From the IMG/VR virus record IMGVR_UViG_3300043451_000181, positions 1-55,802 of that record: a stretch of 55,802 nt of DNA, one strand, 5' to 3'. This stretch comes from a virus (taxonomy: Duplodnaviria; Caudoviricetes). The position numbers were made by a program, and so were the translations under genes. Below, piece by piece: positions 16,550-27,328 of this stretch (its first letter is position 1; each line of letters starts with the position of its first letter). A model generated the notes under the pieces. The model saw only the letters and a list, made by a program, of their open reading frames with translations, was not told the origin of the DNA and ran no database searches.

Positions 16550-18055
16550 TCACGGCGCTAGGTTACTCATATTTCCTAGCGCTTCTCGCAGGAAAACCCG
16601 ACGTTGAACCTTCTGTGCAGCTTCTGCCTCGGCAATGCGCTTTTTGACGACGTCTGTGCGCATGGCTTCTTGCAAAATCTCGCGCGCATTGTTGGCTCGA
16701 GTGTTGTCTTTGAACCAACCGCCTTTGGCTGTTGAAATCGCATGACGCATGTCGTTGACCGAAGGGGTCACGAACACACCAGACCCTGGTTTGGTCTCAA
16801 TACCACGGTTTGCCATCTCGTAAACCAAAGCCTGCATGTCTGCCACGTCTTCTTCGGTGCCCAAACCAGTGGTTTTATCGATGAGACTCGGTACGTTCTT
16901 GCGCAGATCTTCGTAGGCCTGAACTGCAGTGGGATTGCCAGGAGCATTCCAGTTTGTTTCCTTGGTCTCGTTGAGCATGACCTTTTCTTGGGCATTGCCA
17001 AGTGCCTTGTTGAAGGCGTCATTGCCCACCAAAACGCTGTTTGCGTTGCTGTCGAAACTTGAACGGATACCGTCTTTGGCCTTTTTCAGCAGGCGAGGAG
17101 TGAATTGACCTGATGCTGCCAACGAATCCACGAAGTTGTTGGCCACGGCCGTGTCGCCCTTCATAAAATCACGGGCTTTGGGTACCGTGACTTGACGATT
17201 TGCACCGGCTGCTTTGTCGAAAGCGGTCAATTGCTCTTCGGTGTAGGAACCAAAGTTCGGTTGACCCAAGGAATCCACTGGCAAACCAGCAGCCTTGGCA
17301 ATCACACCCATGTTTCGGCCGATCACGTCCTTGTTGGCAATGTGCTCTTGCACTGCTGCCGCTGTGGCGTTCTCGATCTTGCGAAGTTCTTGGTTGTCCT
17401 TGAAAGCTTCCTGTGCTTCGGTGAGTTTCAGCGTGCCCATGCTGTTTTGCGTGGCTTGGCCAGCATTGCGCAGCTTCATCCCCTGGAGCTCGATAGGCAT
17501 CTTGTCCTTTTCAAACGTCCAACGGGTCAAGTCACGTTCGCCAGAGACGATCGCCTTGGTCAGATCAGCCGGCAAACGGAGGTCTGGGTTGTCAGCCATG
17601 AGCTTCAACGCAGCATCTTTGTTGCCCAAGGCTGCTTCGCTTAGGATCGACTGGACGATCGGACGTTGCTTTTCGTCCGTCATGAAGTTGTTGTACTCAA
17701 TGCCTTGCTTCTCACGCGTTTGCAGGGTACCCAGGCGGGTGTCCATTGCACTACGGGCAGCGGCTTGGTCGATCTGAGCACCGAATCCAGACAACATCTG
17801 AGTCAGCTCACCTGAGTCCTGCATGCGCTTGAACTCATCTGGGCCCTTGGCCGCGTAGATGGTGTTCATGAACTGGTTCAGGTTGTTTTCTTTTTGCTGT
17901 TGCCAGTTGGCTTTGTCCACCGTCTCCTGTTGCTTCAGGATGTTGTTGAACGAGTTGAAACCATCATTGATGGTCATGCCGGCAATAGCAAGTGGGCGGC
18001 TGGCTTCGGCCAGCGAAGGACCATTGACGGTCCTCCAAGTGATGGGACCGTTCAT
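16550..18055 (-). CDS. Internal virion/ejection protein (N4 gp51-like)
   Basis: 501 aa, starts MNGPITWRTV, Cys-free, immediately upstream of vRNAP. Confidence 0.7.
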   Translation of the reverse strand: MNGPITWRTVNGPSLAEASRPLAIAGMTINDGFNSFNNILKQQETVDKANWQQQKENNLNQFMNTIYAAKGPDEFKRMQDSGELTQMLSGFGAQIDQAAARSAMDTRLGTLQTREKQGIEYNNFMTDEKQRPIVQSILSEAALGNKDAALKLMADNPDLRLPADLTKAIVSGERDLTRWTFEKDKMPIELQGMKLRNAGQATQNSMGTLKLTEAQEAFKDNQELRKIENATAAAVQEHIANKDVIGRNMGVIAKAAGLPVDSLGQPNFGSYTEEQLTAFDKAAGANRQVTVPKARDFMKGDTAVANNFVDSLAASGQFTPRLLKKAKDGIRSSFDSNANSVLVGNDAFNKALGNAQEKVMLNETKETNWNAPGNPTAVQAYEDLRKNVPSLIDKTTGLGTEEDVADMQALVYEMANRGIETKPGSGVFVTPSVNDMRHAISTAKGGWFKDNTRANNAREILQEAMRTDVVKKRIAEAEAAQKVQRRVFLREALGNMSNLAP

Positions 18056-18609
18056 TAGCGCACTCCGTTTTGAGCCATGTAATCACCCACCGACTGGTAG
18101 GCACCGGAATTGGAAGCCACACGAGCTCGCTGACGGTCTTCTAACGAAGCGTTGGTCGTCTGCTTCTGGGCAGCAAAGTTGCGCTCAAATTGAGCCTTGT
18201 TGTTGGCCAGCGTGTCCTTGGCCAACTCGTACTGCTTCATGCCGAGGTAAAGACTGCCCAGACCTTGAGCTGCACCCAAAGCCAAACCGCCCCAACCTTG
18301 TTGCTGAAGGCCGTTCTTGTCGGTCGAACCAAGCACACCCCAGTCACGCATGGACTGCAACCAACCGGGGGTTGTTCCGGGTACATAGCCTGTGTTACCA
18401 ACGATCGGCGCATTGACCGCGTTGCCGGCAAACATGCCTTCATTCGGGGCCAAGCCATTGGTGCCCATAGGCATTTGTTCCCAGTCAGCACCAGTCATGG
18501 GAACTGCCGGTGCTGCAGCAACGGGAGCAGGCGCTCCCCATGCGGACATTCCCGCATAAGCGGGTTGTTGCTGGGCTTTATACCAGTTCAACAGTGAATA
18601 ATCAGCCAT
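18055..18609 (-). CDS. Virion structural/ejection protein (N4 gp52-like)
   Basis: Gly-rich hydrophobic segment, then KAQFERNFAAQKQTTNASLEDRQRARVA; synteny. Confidence 0.75.
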   Translation of the reverse strand: MADYSLLNWYKAQQQPAYAGMSAWGAPAPVAAAPAVPMTGADWEQMPMGTNGLAPNEGMFAGNAVNAPIVGNTGYVPGTTPGWLQSMRDWGVLGSTDKNGLQQQGWGGLALGAAQGLGSLYLGMKQYELAKDTLANNKAQFERNFAAQKQTTNASLEDRQRARVASNSGAYQSVGDYMAQNGVR

Positions 18610-20914
18610 AGATCTTCTCTCCTAACGTGTCTTGAATCTTCGGAAGGGTGAGTGCTACATCCACGTAGGAGGAAATTGCAGTGATCCCCAATGTTCCGAT
18701 ATTGCCATAGTGTACCGTTCTATTGAAATAATCATCGGGTTTCTCCCCGAAGATTACGAACGGGTCGAGCCGGCTTTCCTTGCCTAAAAGCTCGTCCGCC
18801 GTTTCCAGTTCCTTGCTCTTTTCCTCTTCGTAGGTCTGAAGCATTTTTGCCTCATCCAACAAGTCTGAAAACTTGACCTCCATGATGGCTTTGCTCAAGC
18901 CAGTGGAAAGCATGAGCATGTCGCCGGCGAAGGGAGCGCCCTTCACCCCATTTTGAAAAAGCTCGTAGCCACCATAGACGATCGCCACAATGGCGATCAA
19001 GGTAGCCAGTTCAACACCAAAGACCTTCACGAACAACTTGAAGATCTGCGGCAAAACGTACATACCCACCACCAGGTTGAAAATCACTGTGGCAATGATG
19101 GCTTCGGTCCCCGTCAGTTGCAGCGCTGAAGCAATCCAAGAACCTCCATCGCTACCAGCATCAAGCACAGTCAACACCACGGCCACCACAATCAAAACCA
19201 CTTGGAACCAGGACTGCTGGTACCACTTGATTTCTTGGGTCGCGCGTGCGTTGAAGACAAGATGCAGGGCCCGAGCGTAGAGAACCTCACGCACCTGCAG
19301 GGAGTAGTTTTCCGTGATAGTTCGATCCAGCGGGATCAACAAGATGTCGTCCGTGTCATCGGCCGTCGTGTTGTACCCATTCCAGATGTAGTAGGTCATC
19401 TTGAGACCTGCCACCATTACCTCTTCGTAGAGGTTGGCCGAGATCTGGTGTCGGTACACGTGCACGCGCAAAGGCACCGTGACAAAGGACTCGCTGTACG
19501 TGGTCACTCCATACTCGTTGGTGACCTCGTTCGTCACCTTCTGGCTGATCGGCACATCGGCAAAGTCACTGCTGTAGTGATCGATGGCTCCAATGGATCC
19601 TGCGCGCACGCGCTTGTAGATGCCATTGTTGTGCAAGGTCATCTTGAAAGCACCGTCCTGAATCACCGTGGTGTTGCGGGTGAAGAGGTTGTGGAACAGG
19701 CTACCGAAGTTGCCAAACCAACCACCTCCTCCACCGCTGAAAATGCTCGCCACCATCTCGATGTCTTGGAACACCATGGCCATGAGGATGCCCATCTCGG
19801 GTGACGAGTTGCCACCATAGGCTTCATGCTGGGTGTCGAAGTAGTCGAACAGGTATCGGCACTCTGTCTGGTCCGTGGAGACCGACGGTACCGCAAAGGT
19901 CAGGATCGCTTGCTCGACATCACCGATGTTCGGGTTGCTGTTAATCGCATCCGACATCATGTCGTAGTCCATGCCCAGCTTCTTGAGCATCTTCTTTGAC
20001 GTCGTGTAGGCCGAGCTGCTTTGGCTCAAGGGCGCCTTGTTCAAGCGGAAGTACGTCATGGGGAAGTACGAGCCCGACACCGCAGAGCTCTCGATGTAGA
20101 CGTTGTCCAGCTGGCTCCATGTGCCGGCACCGTGCTTGTACATCCAGAACTTGGTCTGGTTGCCCACGCGGTACTTGACCTGGAAGAATCCGTCGTTGGC
20201 ATCGAACTCAGTCATGCCCAAGTTGAAGTGCTGCTCGACTTCGTTCAGGCCCACCATGTAGACCGCCGTGACCTTCACGTAAGGCGTGTTGGCCGTTGGG
20301 CTTGCAACCATCGGGCTTGCTGTGGTCAGCTCGCGAACGTCGTCGACGTTGAGCGGCCGCTTAGGTGTGTAGCCAGCGTTTGCCGCGGTACCCCACGCTG
20401 CCGTGACAGAGCTCGAGATGCTGTCGATCAGGTTGCTGGGGACAATGACTTGCATGTCCTTCAGGTAGACCTTGTTGCCCCCGTGCTGCGCAGTCAAGCC
20501 AACGATCTCATTGCTTGCGTAGTCATATCCGTAGTCGGCTGAGAGCTTCATCCACGCTACGTGCAGAAGATTGGCCACGCCAAAGTGCGAGTAATCGATC
20601 GAGATCTGTTGACCTTCGATGAGTTCTAGAACCGTTTCAACATCGTGCCGGCCTTGGGTGGCTGAATAGACTTCGCCTGAGGGCAAGCCATACGCATAGT
20701 GGTCTTCGGCCCAGCGATACATGCGCTCGGCTTTAGACCCCAGACCACCGACCAGCTCTTCGATTTGATAGTCGGGCAGGTTGCCTTCTTGGAAGAGTGC
20801 CTTTATCGTGGCCGTCTTGATGGAGTCAGGAATGCCGGCGTCCTGCACCACCCGTTGCACCTGGGTGGCTACCGTCGTTTTATATTCGCTATCGAAGAGA
20901 CCCAGAAAACTCAT
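18602..20914 (-). CDS. N4 gp53-like virion protein with C-terminal membrane segments
   Basis: 770 aa, starts (S)FLGLF, KWYQ motif followed by hydrophobic helices; synteny. Confidence 0.7.
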   Translation of the reverse strand: MSFLGLFDSEYKTTVATQVQRVVQDAGIPDSIKTATIKALFQEGNLPDYQIEELVGGLGSKAERMYRWAEDHYAYGLPSGEVYSATQGRHDVETVLELIEGQQISIDYSHFGVANLLHVAWMKLSADYGYDYASNEIVGLTAQHGGNKVYLKDMQVIVPSNLIDSISSSVTAAWGTAANAGYTPKRPLNVDDVRELTTASPMVASPTANTPYVKVTAVYMVGLNEVEQHFNLGMTEFDANDGFFQVKYRVGNQTKFWMYKHGAGTWSQLDNVYIESSAVSGSYFPMTYFRLNKAPLSQSSSAYTTSKKMLKKLGMDYDMMSDAINSNPNIGDVEQAILTFAVPSVSTDQTECRYLFDYFDTQHEAYGGNSSPEMGILMAMVFQDIEMVASIFSGGGGGWFGNFGSLFHNLFTRNTTVIQDGAFKMTLHNNGIYKRVRAGSIGAIDHYSSDFADVPISQKVTNEVTNEYGVTTYSESFVTVPLRVHVYRHQISANLYEEVMVAGLKMTYYIWNGYNTTADDTDDILLIPLDRTITENYSLQVREVLYARALHLVFNARATQEIKWYQQSWFQVVLIVVAVVLTVLDAGSDGGSWIASALQLTGTEAIIATVIFNLVVGMYVLPQIFKLFVKVFGVELATLIAIVAIVYGGYELFQNGVKGAPFAGDMLMLSTGLSKAIMEVKFSDLLDEAKMLQTYEEEKSKELETADELLGKESRLDPFVIFGEKPDDYFNRTVHYGNIGTLGITAISSYVDVALTLPKIQDTLGEKIYG

Positions 20915-20931
20915 GCACTGCCCTGACTATG

Positions 20932-20957
20932 AAAAAAGGGAGCACCGGGCTCCCTTG
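20932..20957 (-). terminator. Intrinsic terminator after gp54-like gene
   Basis: AAGGGAGC...GCTCCCTT hairpin with a T run on the minus strand. Confidence 0.65.
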
Positions 20958-20974
20958 GTTTGCTGCTTGGCTAG

Positions 20975-21616
20975 TTAGGCACCCACACCGGCCAGCAGCT
21001 TCGTGACCGCTCGGCCCACGGCTTGGTCGTTGAGCATGTTGGTTCCGTCTGCAACCGTACCCTCGTCCGTGGTGCGACGCACGTTCCAACTGTCCACCAT
21101 GATCTTGGTGGCCTTCTGCTCGGCATCGCGCTTGAAGCCATCGGACTGAGCTGCGTACAGGGACTTCTGACGGCCCAGCACAGAGTCGGGATCCACACCC
21201 AGAGCTTGAGTCTGACCACGCTCGGTGGCTGTCTTCTGGGTAAGCAAGGCAATCTCTTCGTTCGTGCGAAGGATGTTGGCCATGGTCAAGTCGTACTCCG
21301 CGCGCAGCTTGCACTCTTGGGCAACCAGCACGGTGTTCTCGGTGACAGCGTTCAAGCGCTGTTGCTCGACCAGAGCAATTTGTTTGGTAAGCAGCTGAGC
21401 TTCCAGATCCGCCTTCTGCTTGGTCAGGAGGAACTGGGTAGCGGTCTGCAAAACCTGTGTCATGGCACCCAGGTAGACCTCGGAATACTCCGCACCCTTG
21501 ATGCGGTTCTTGCTGAACTCCGACTCGAGGTGAGTCGCGGCAGCTTTCATCAAGACATCAAAGACACCTTGGCCATCAAGCGTGGCTGAGGTCAGGTCGG
21601 CGGTAGTAATCGTCAT
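20975..21616 (-). CDS. Structural protein (N4 gp54-like)
   Basis: GxGVFDVLM...EFSKNRIKGAEYSEVY and YAAQSDGFKRDAEQK motifs; synteny. Confidence 0.75.
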   Translation of the reverse strand: MTITTADLTSATLDGQGVFDVLMKAAATHLESEFSKNRIKGAEYSEVYLGAMTQVLQTATQFLLTKQKADLEAQLLTKQIALVEQQRLNAVTENTVLVAQECKLRAEYDLTMANILRTNEEIALLTQKTATERGQTQALGVDPDSVLGRQKSLYAAQSDGFKRDAEQKATKIMVDSWNVRRTTDEGTVADGTNMLNDQAVGRAVTKLLAGVGA

Positions 21617-21641
21617 AGGTCTACTTGGGATTTGGGTTTAA

Positions 21642-22220
21642 TTACTCGACACCACCAGCCATGGCTTGACGTTGAGCCAAGTCATGCAACTCTTCTTGAG
21701 TCAGGGGTTCGAGTTCCTCAATGGCGAACTCACGGATGAGCTTGCCCTTGCGGGTCTTGTTGCCACGGCTGTCTTGCACGGTGTGGAAGACTTGGCATTG
21801 ACGCTCGCGCAAGTGCTGCAAGATGATGTTGGGGATGTGCCAACCTTCTTCAGCATTGAACGGGATGTACTTGCTGACCGAACCAACAACCGAATTGCCC
21901 ACGGAGATGATCTCGCCGGGCCATTCTTTCTTTGCTGGGTTCATACAAGTCAAACGCACGCGCACCAGACGGTGGGCTTCGTCTTTGAGACGTTTGTTGC
22001 GTTGACCTTCGGTCTCTACGCCGGGTGCAGTAACTGCAGCGGCAGGTGTTTCTGGCTTTTCAGCTTCGCCGTTTACCGCGGCATTCACCTTATCACGCAG
22101 CTTCTCCAAACCAATGGAGGGGTGATAGGAGATGCCCATCATGTCGGCACGAGCCTTGAGAGCGGCGAGCTCGTCTTGGGTGGTTACTTGAGTATCGGTG
22201 TCTTGAGTTTGTTCAGACAT
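21642..22220 (-). CDS. N4 gp55-like protein
   Basis: LKARADMMGISYHPSIG, RLTCMNPAKKEWPGEI and LTQEELHDLA motifs; directly downstream of the capsid gene. Confidence 0.75.
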   Translation of the reverse strand: MSEQTQDTDTQVTTQDELAALKARADMMGISYHPSIGLEKLRDKVNAAVNGEAEKPETPAAAVTAPGVETEGQRNKRLKDEAHRLVRVRLTCMNPAKKEWPGEIISVGNSVVGSVSKYIPFNAEEGWHIPNIILQHLRERQCQVFHTVQDSRGNKTRKGKLIREFAIEELEPLTQEELHDLAQRQAMAGGVE

Positions 22221-22249
22221 TGCGTTCTTTCAGAGTTGAGGAAAACAGA

Positions 22250-22279
22250 AAAAGGAGAGGAGGTTGCCCTCCCCTCCTA
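22250..22279 (-). terminator. Intrinsic terminator after major capsid gene
   Basis: AGGAGGGGAGG...CCTCCTCTCCT hairpin plus T run on the minus strand. Confidence 0.65.
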
Positions 22280-22285
22280 GGCTAC

Positions 22286-23452
22286 TTACATCTTGGCAGC
22301 AGTCTTGATCAGAGCGATACGCTCAGGACGCAAGCACATGAAGCCGTAGTACCACTTGATGCTCATGAAGCCAGTCTCACCATAAGGATCCAACTGGTTA
22401 GCCGTAGCTTCGCCAGGGGCCTTGTGCATGATCTTGAACTTCACAGTCTTGCCGTCGGTTTGGAAGCCGATGGTTGTGAAGGACTCGTCGCCCACCACCA
22501 AGATTGGGAACACGTCGTACTTGCCAGCAGTTGCGTGGAAAGATGCGTCGTCAGCAGTTGCACCAGCACCAGCCCACTTCATCATCTCTGGGTGAACCAC
22601 GAGACGGAACTGGTCAACAGTACCGATTTCGCCGTTCAGAGTCGTACCCACGGCATCACCGTAGCGCTCCACACCGACGAAGGCGGGGTTGTTGTGCAAG
22701 TCCTTCATTGCCTTGAAGATAGGCAACAGCTCAGAGCCGATGTAGGCCACGCGAGCAGAAGGGATGGTCTTGGTGTCGATCATGCGAGAACCGGTGATGA
22801 TCTTGGTTTGCTTGGGGCAACGGTTCTGATCCAACTGGATCGAAGTGCGCATCAAGTCGCCATAGGTCACGACGCAGTTTTCGTCGATCGAGCTGTTGCC
22901 AGTAGCAGTGCCGGCATAACGAACCACACCAGCAGAAGCGATCAAGTCGATCTGCAAGCTGTCTTCGATGATCTCGTTCGCGCCGAGGATCATCTCGCGG
23001 TTGATGTGCTCGAGCAATTGCTCGTCGGTGTCGAAGTCCATCGATTCTTGGGTGTACTCATCGAAGAAGCCGAACTTCTCGAGAGTGCCTTCCAATTCGA
23101 TACGCTTGAAACCAACACGGTTCACGCGGCCGCCGGTCTCAGACAGAGCAGGCATCTTGCCGGGGATGGTACCGATGTCCTTGCTGGAACCGTAGAGGTT
23201 ACCGCCAGCATAGGAAGCACCAGCAGCGTCCAAACCTTGGTCGTTGATGTTGCGATCATCGAGCAAAGGCATGTAGTGGTAACGCTTGATCTTCTTGCCG
23301 TAGTTCTTAGGCATGGAAGTCACGTCAGCCAACTGCGTGAAGAAGGTCAGTTTTGGCAGTTCAACCAGCGCTTTCTTAGCGTAGTACTGGTTGACGATTT
23401 GAGAGCCGACGGTAGAGGCCGTCGAGGGAGGGTTTTTGAATTGCATCGACAT
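22286..23452 (-). CDS. Major capsid protein (N4 gp56-like)
   Basis: 388 aa; MPKNYGKKIK, YMPLLDDRNINDQGLDA, ETGGRVNRVGF and DPYGETGFMSIKWYYG are N4-type MCP motifs. Confidence 0.93.
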   Translation of the reverse strand: MSMQFKNPPSTASTVGSQIVNQYYAKKALVELPKLTFFTQLADVTSMPKNYGKKIKRYHYMPLLDDRNINDQGLDAAGASYAGGNLYGSSKDIGTIPGKMPALSETGGRVNRVGFKRIELEGTLEKFGFFDEYTQESMDFDTDEQLLEHINREMILGANEIIEDSLQIDLIASAGVVRYAGTATGNSSIDENCVVTYGDLMRTSIQLDQNRCPKQTKIITGSRMIDTKTIPSARVAYIGSELLPIFKAMKDLHNNPAFVGVERYGDAVGTTLNGEIGTVDQFRLVVHPEMMKWAGAGATADDASFHATAGKYDVFPILVVGDESFTTIGFQTDGKTVKFKIMHKAPGEATANQLDPYGETGFMSIKWYYGFMCLRPERIALIKTAAKM

Positions 23453-23467
23453 AGGTCGTTCCTTCGT

Positions 23468-24682
23468 TTACAGAAATTGTTTGTTTACGTGCTTCGCAAA
23501 CTCTTCGTCGGACATGGCCAGAGGGTTGAAGTCCGAATTCGAGTCTGCTACCACTGACTTCGTGGAGCTTGCGGCTCGCTTTTTGTCTTTCAGCTTGTCG
23601 TCGTCGACCTGCTTCGGTTTCGGTTGAACCACCACCTTCTCTGCAGCAGGTTTCGTCTGAGTCTGGGAGCTACCCTGAGCCAAACTGTTGAACTCGCCTC
23701 GAGCGTGAAGTGCATCACCGACTTGCCGGTAGGCTTCGATATCTGACACGCCAACCAAGCGACCAAACATGCGCTCGTTGTCAATCTCCTTCGTGATGCG
23801 GTCATAAATGCCACTGGAAACGTGGTCATTGATCACACGCAACAGCTGGGGATTTCCAGCGATCACACCTTTGCTTGCAGCGTCCCACTTAGTGCTAACA
23901 ATCTCGAGCGTCCGGTTGTACGAAGGAGTTCCTTGAATGTCATCAAGGACCGTATCCAGCTCAATCTCGCGGTCGTCAACAGTGTAAGTTGACTGCTTAT
24001 ACGCGCTTGCCTTTTCAGCGGACAGATCCATAGGATCAATTCCGCTGTCCTTAACCAGCTTATTGATTGCGGCTGCATCTTTACGATTCAGGTCAATCAG
24101 GAAGCTGATCTTCTCTTCGCTCAAGAGGTCAGCTCTTTCGAGCAACTTCATGAGTTTCAGATTGGGTTTAAGAGCGGCCATCTTCTTGTTGTAGTTGGCC
24201 CCCATCTGCATCAGGGTGACAGCTTCGTCAACGCTGTTGACTTTGATGTCTCGCCCGTTTGCTTTGAAGGGAGCCAGAAGACGCTCGTACTCTGCCTTGA
24301 AATCAATTGTAGATTCTTCTGTGGTCTTTTTCTCATCGACCTTCTCAGAATCTTTTTGCTCAGGGGTTTTATCCTGAGCTTTAGTTGGATCATCGCCTTC
24401 GGCCGACTCCTCCTCGCCCGGCTTAGCAGCCGGCTCGTCGTCATCGCCCTTGGCTTCATCGTCTTTCTGCTCGTCGTCTTCAGACTTCGAGTCAGCGTTG
24501 TCGGTGTTTTGATCGTCCTGGTTGTCTTGAGCACCAGCCGAATCATCGGTACCGGTTTCTTCCTCTTCTTCTTCCACCGTGGTGGTGGTTGTAGAAACAG
24601 GACCGGTCATGTTCATGATTTCCTCATCCGACATGGAGAGGTAATCAGGCTCTTGGACTTGGGTGTTGGTTCCGTCAGACAT
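23468..24682 (-). CDS. N4 gp57-like protein (scaffold-like; often annotated tape measure)
   Basis: Acidic N-terminus, PFKANG...LMQMGANY motif, C-terminal PLAMSDEEF; upstream of MCP. Confidence 0.75.
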   Translation of the reverse strand: MSDGTNTQVQEPDYLSMSDEEIMNMTGPVSTTTTTVEEEEEETGTDDSAGAQDNQDDQNTDNADSKSEDDEQKDDEAKGDDDEPAAKPGEEESAEGDDPTKAQDKTPEQKDSEKVDEKKTTEESTIDFKAEYERLLAPFKANGRDIKVNSVDEAVTLMQMGANYNKKMAALKPNLKLMKLLERADLLSEEKISFLIDLNRKDAAAINKLVKDSGIDPMDLSAEKASAYKQSTYTVDDREIELDTVLDDIQGTPSYNRTLEIVSTKWDAASKGVIAGNPQLLRVINDHVSSGIYDRITKEIDNERMFGRLVGVSDIEAYRQVGDALHARGEFNSLAQGSSQTQTKPAAEKVVVQPKPKQVDDDKLKDKKRAASSTKSVVADSNSDFNPLAMSDEEFAKHVNKQFL

Positions 24683-25020
24683 TATTCAGTCTCCTCAGCT
24701 GCGATGGCTTCAAGTTCTGCTTCATCCACTTCGATGTTCTTGCGAGCCATGGAGGCTTGCGTGGCAATCGTGGAGAAGTAGGCGTTGAGGTTGCCGATGG
24801 AGTCGATCTGAGTGATGATCGATTTTTGCATCTCGGGAGATTGAAGGCCGGGATTGCTCTTGGCTTGAACCAGACGAATGGCTTCTTTTTCGAAGTAGCC
24901 TTCCATCACGATTGTCTTGAAGTCCTTGTTGGTCTTCAAGCGCTCGAGGGCGTTGCCAAGGTCAACTAGCTTACGTGCTGCCTTGATGTTTTCTTCGATG
25001 ACTTTGCTTTGGTTGCTCAT
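24682..25020 (-). CDS. N4 gp58-like protein
   Basis: ALERLxxNKDFKTIVMEGYF motif; between portal and gp57 (ORF track allows an upstream start at 25038). Confidence 0.7.
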   Translation of the reverse strand: MSNQSKVIEENIKAARKLVDLGNALERLKTNKDFKTIVMEGYFEKEAIRLVQAKSNPGLQSPEMQKSIITQIDSIGNLNAYFSTIATQASMARKNIEVDEAELEAIAAEETE

Positions 25021-25085
25021 GTCTACCAGTGCTTTCAAAAAGTTAATAGATGGGGATGTGAATTGAACTCACACCCCGGATCATA

Positions 25086-27269
25086 TTACTTTTTCGAAGT
25101 GGCCTTATTCATAACGTATTCTTTTAGCAAGTCGTGGCTTCGTTCTTCGCGTGCGAAGTCATGTTCCATGGTCTTCATCTGCATCTGGCTGCGAGCTTGT
25201 TCACCGTGCAATTCCTTCTCGCGCTCTTGTTTTACGCCGGACTCTTGTTCGACGAAATCCAAGTTCTTGAGATCGGTATCGGACTTCACGTTTGCAGCGA
25301 TCTGACCTTCGGTTGCAGACTTGGCTTGGTTGAGAACTGCAGTGGCTTGGTGCTGTGCAGCCATGGCGTTCTCTTTGGCAATCTGAGCCTTGAGCAATTC
25401 GATCTTGAGCATCTGCTCTTCCTGAACCAGGGGGTCTGGTTGAGGCTGGAAGGTCTCGATCTTGTGGGCCAGGTCAGGCATCTTGCGCAAGCGCATGATG
25501 TCGGCGAGCACCATCTGCATGAGGGAACGATCGCCATTGGGGCCAACGGTCTGCAGCAAGAAAGCCAGCTGCTCGGCCTTGTTGTTGTCTTCTTCGGCCG
25601 TGCTGATCGAGAGCTTCAGGTCGAAGTTGCCACCCAGGTCATCGCGGCGGACGGTCACGAACTCATCGTTGGTGATGCGAACCACTTCTTCGTCGCTCAA
25701 GAACTCAGCGTTCATAGCAATGATCTTGCGGCCGATACGGGTGATGCCGTTTGACAGGCGACGCAGAATGCCAAGCTCGCGCTTCGATGCAGCATCCAGT
25801 GCACCACGCACAGCAGCGGCCACGTCACCCAAAGACGAACCACTCACACCTTGTGAGTACGCCTTCACGCCGGTCATCGACTCGGCTTCCATGTTCTGCA
25901 GCTGCAGCATGAATTGGGCGGAGGCTGGGATCTCGGGGTAGGTGTGCATGAAGACACCCTGGCGAGGATCCACGTTCGCGTTGAACTCGTAGTCCAGACC
26001 CTTGTCGAACTTGCGACGGTTCGTGGCATCGAGCATGTCCTTGCGGATACCCGTCTGGCCATTGGCCGACTTGCCCATGATGTCGATCATGCCGCGCGTG
26101 ACAGCACCCACCACCTTCTGGTTGTCTTCCAAGAGGGCGCCGTCTGGCTCACCGTAGTTGGCCTTGCGCACAGGCAAGTAGTGCTCGATGACGAAAGGGA
26201 TCTTCTTGTCTGGGAAGGGGTTCTTCTCCATGCGGATCATCGTGTCACCCACCCAAGCGGCAACGAATGGCTCGGCTTTGCCATCACCGTTGATGTCCCA
26301 GTAGCCCCAGTACTCGTGAACCACGAGCTTCTTGCGGGGCTTGTCATGGAAGTTGAAGCTGCGCACACCGTCCGAGGGTGTGTGATCCGGGGTGCCCAAC
26401 ACCGTGTTGGCATCCACGTTCACGTACTCGAGGTTCTTGTAGCGTTTGTTCTTCTTGAGCTCGGACATCGAGGTCTCGAAGGTGTAAACCAAGAAGCCAG
26501 CCTTATCGATGTTGCCCATGCAGGTGGGATCGATGATGACGTTTCGGAAGTCACACACATCCAAGGTCGGACGGTTGACGACCGTCTTCATCTGCTTTTC
26601 TTTGCGGGTGCCATTGACGATCGGTTCGATCGGTTGGCCTTGTTCTTTGTAGAGCTGGTGCGCTTGCTTGAGCTCTTCAGGAACATCCGTCATGTACTGA
26701 CTGGGAGATTCCTTTTCCATCTGGTCCAAGTGCTGGTGCATCGGGCCAAACTCAGGGTTGATCACGTACTCCACATTGGGGACTTCAACCTCAACTTCTT
26801 CCTCTTGGAATTCCCAACCCACTCGGGTAATGACAGTTCCTTCGTCGACGGCTGCGCGCACGTATTCGTCGATGAACTTGACCTTGTCGATATGGATATT
26901 GAACTGGTTGTTCAACACCAGTTCGTTTTGTTTCGCTGCATCGCGGTCTTCCCACGTCACAGGCTTCACGTTAAACACGGAGTCTGTGGAAAGGAAAGGC
27001 TCGCTCAATGCAGCGTATCGCCACTCGGCTTGTTTCCGGATTAACTTCGGAACAATGCTCGAGTTTCCCTTGGGTGTATTGACCTTGGCCGAACCAGTGA
27101 CGTTCAGGTTGTCAAGCCACTCAGTGATCTTGGTCTTCTGAAGATTGTGCGTCGGAATGGCGAACGTCAGATCCTGCTTGAGCGTACCCAGCTTCGGTGG
27201 ATTCTTCCAGTTCGTGAGTGATGGAGCTTCGAGCCCGAGCTGCTGTGCTTGCGTATCGTTGTCAGTCAT
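25086..27269 (-). CDS. Portal protein (N4 gp59-like)
   Basis: 727 aa; LTNWKNPP, PKLIRKQAEWRYAALSEPFL and LDFVEQESGVKQ motifs. Confidence 0.92.
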   Translation of the reverse strand: MTDNDTQAQQLGLEAPSLTNWKNPPKLGTLKQDLTFAIPTHNLQKTKITEWLDNLNVTGSAKVNTPKGNSSIVPKLIRKQAEWRYAALSEPFLSTDSVFNVKPVTWEDRDAAKQNELVLNNQFNIHIDKVKFIDEYVRAAVDEGTVITRVGWEFQEEEVEVEVPNVEYVINPEFGPMHQHLDQMEKESPSQYMTDVPEELKQAHQLYKEQGQPIEPIVNGTRKEKQMKTVVNRPTLDVCDFRNVIIDPTCMGNIDKAGFLVYTFETSMSELKKNKRYKNLEYVNVDANTVLGTPDHTPSDGVRSFNFHDKPRKKLVVHEYWGYWDINGDGKAEPFVAAWVGDTMIRMEKNPFPDKKIPFVIEHYLPVRKANYGEPDGALLEDNQKVVGAVTRGMIDIMGKSANGQTGIRKDMLDATNRRKFDKGLDYEFNANVDPRQGVFMHTYPEIPASAQFMLQLQNMEAESMTGVKAYSQGVSGSSLGDVAAAVRGALDAASKRELGILRRLSNGITRIGRKIIAMNAEFLSDEEVVRITNDEFVTVRRDDLGGNFDLKLSISTAEEDNNKAEQLAFLLQTVGPNGDRSLMQMVLADIMRLRKMPDLAHKIETFQPQPDPLVQEEQMLKIELLKAQIAKENAMAAQHQATAVLNQAKSATEGQIAANVKSDTDLKNLDFVEQESGVKQEREKELHGEQARSQMQMKTMEHDFAREERSHDLLKEYVMNKATSKK

Positions 27270-27328
27270 AATCTGCGTCGTTCTTTAGGTACCTAAGATC
27301 ATCCCGTTAAACCTTGAAAGTAAACAGA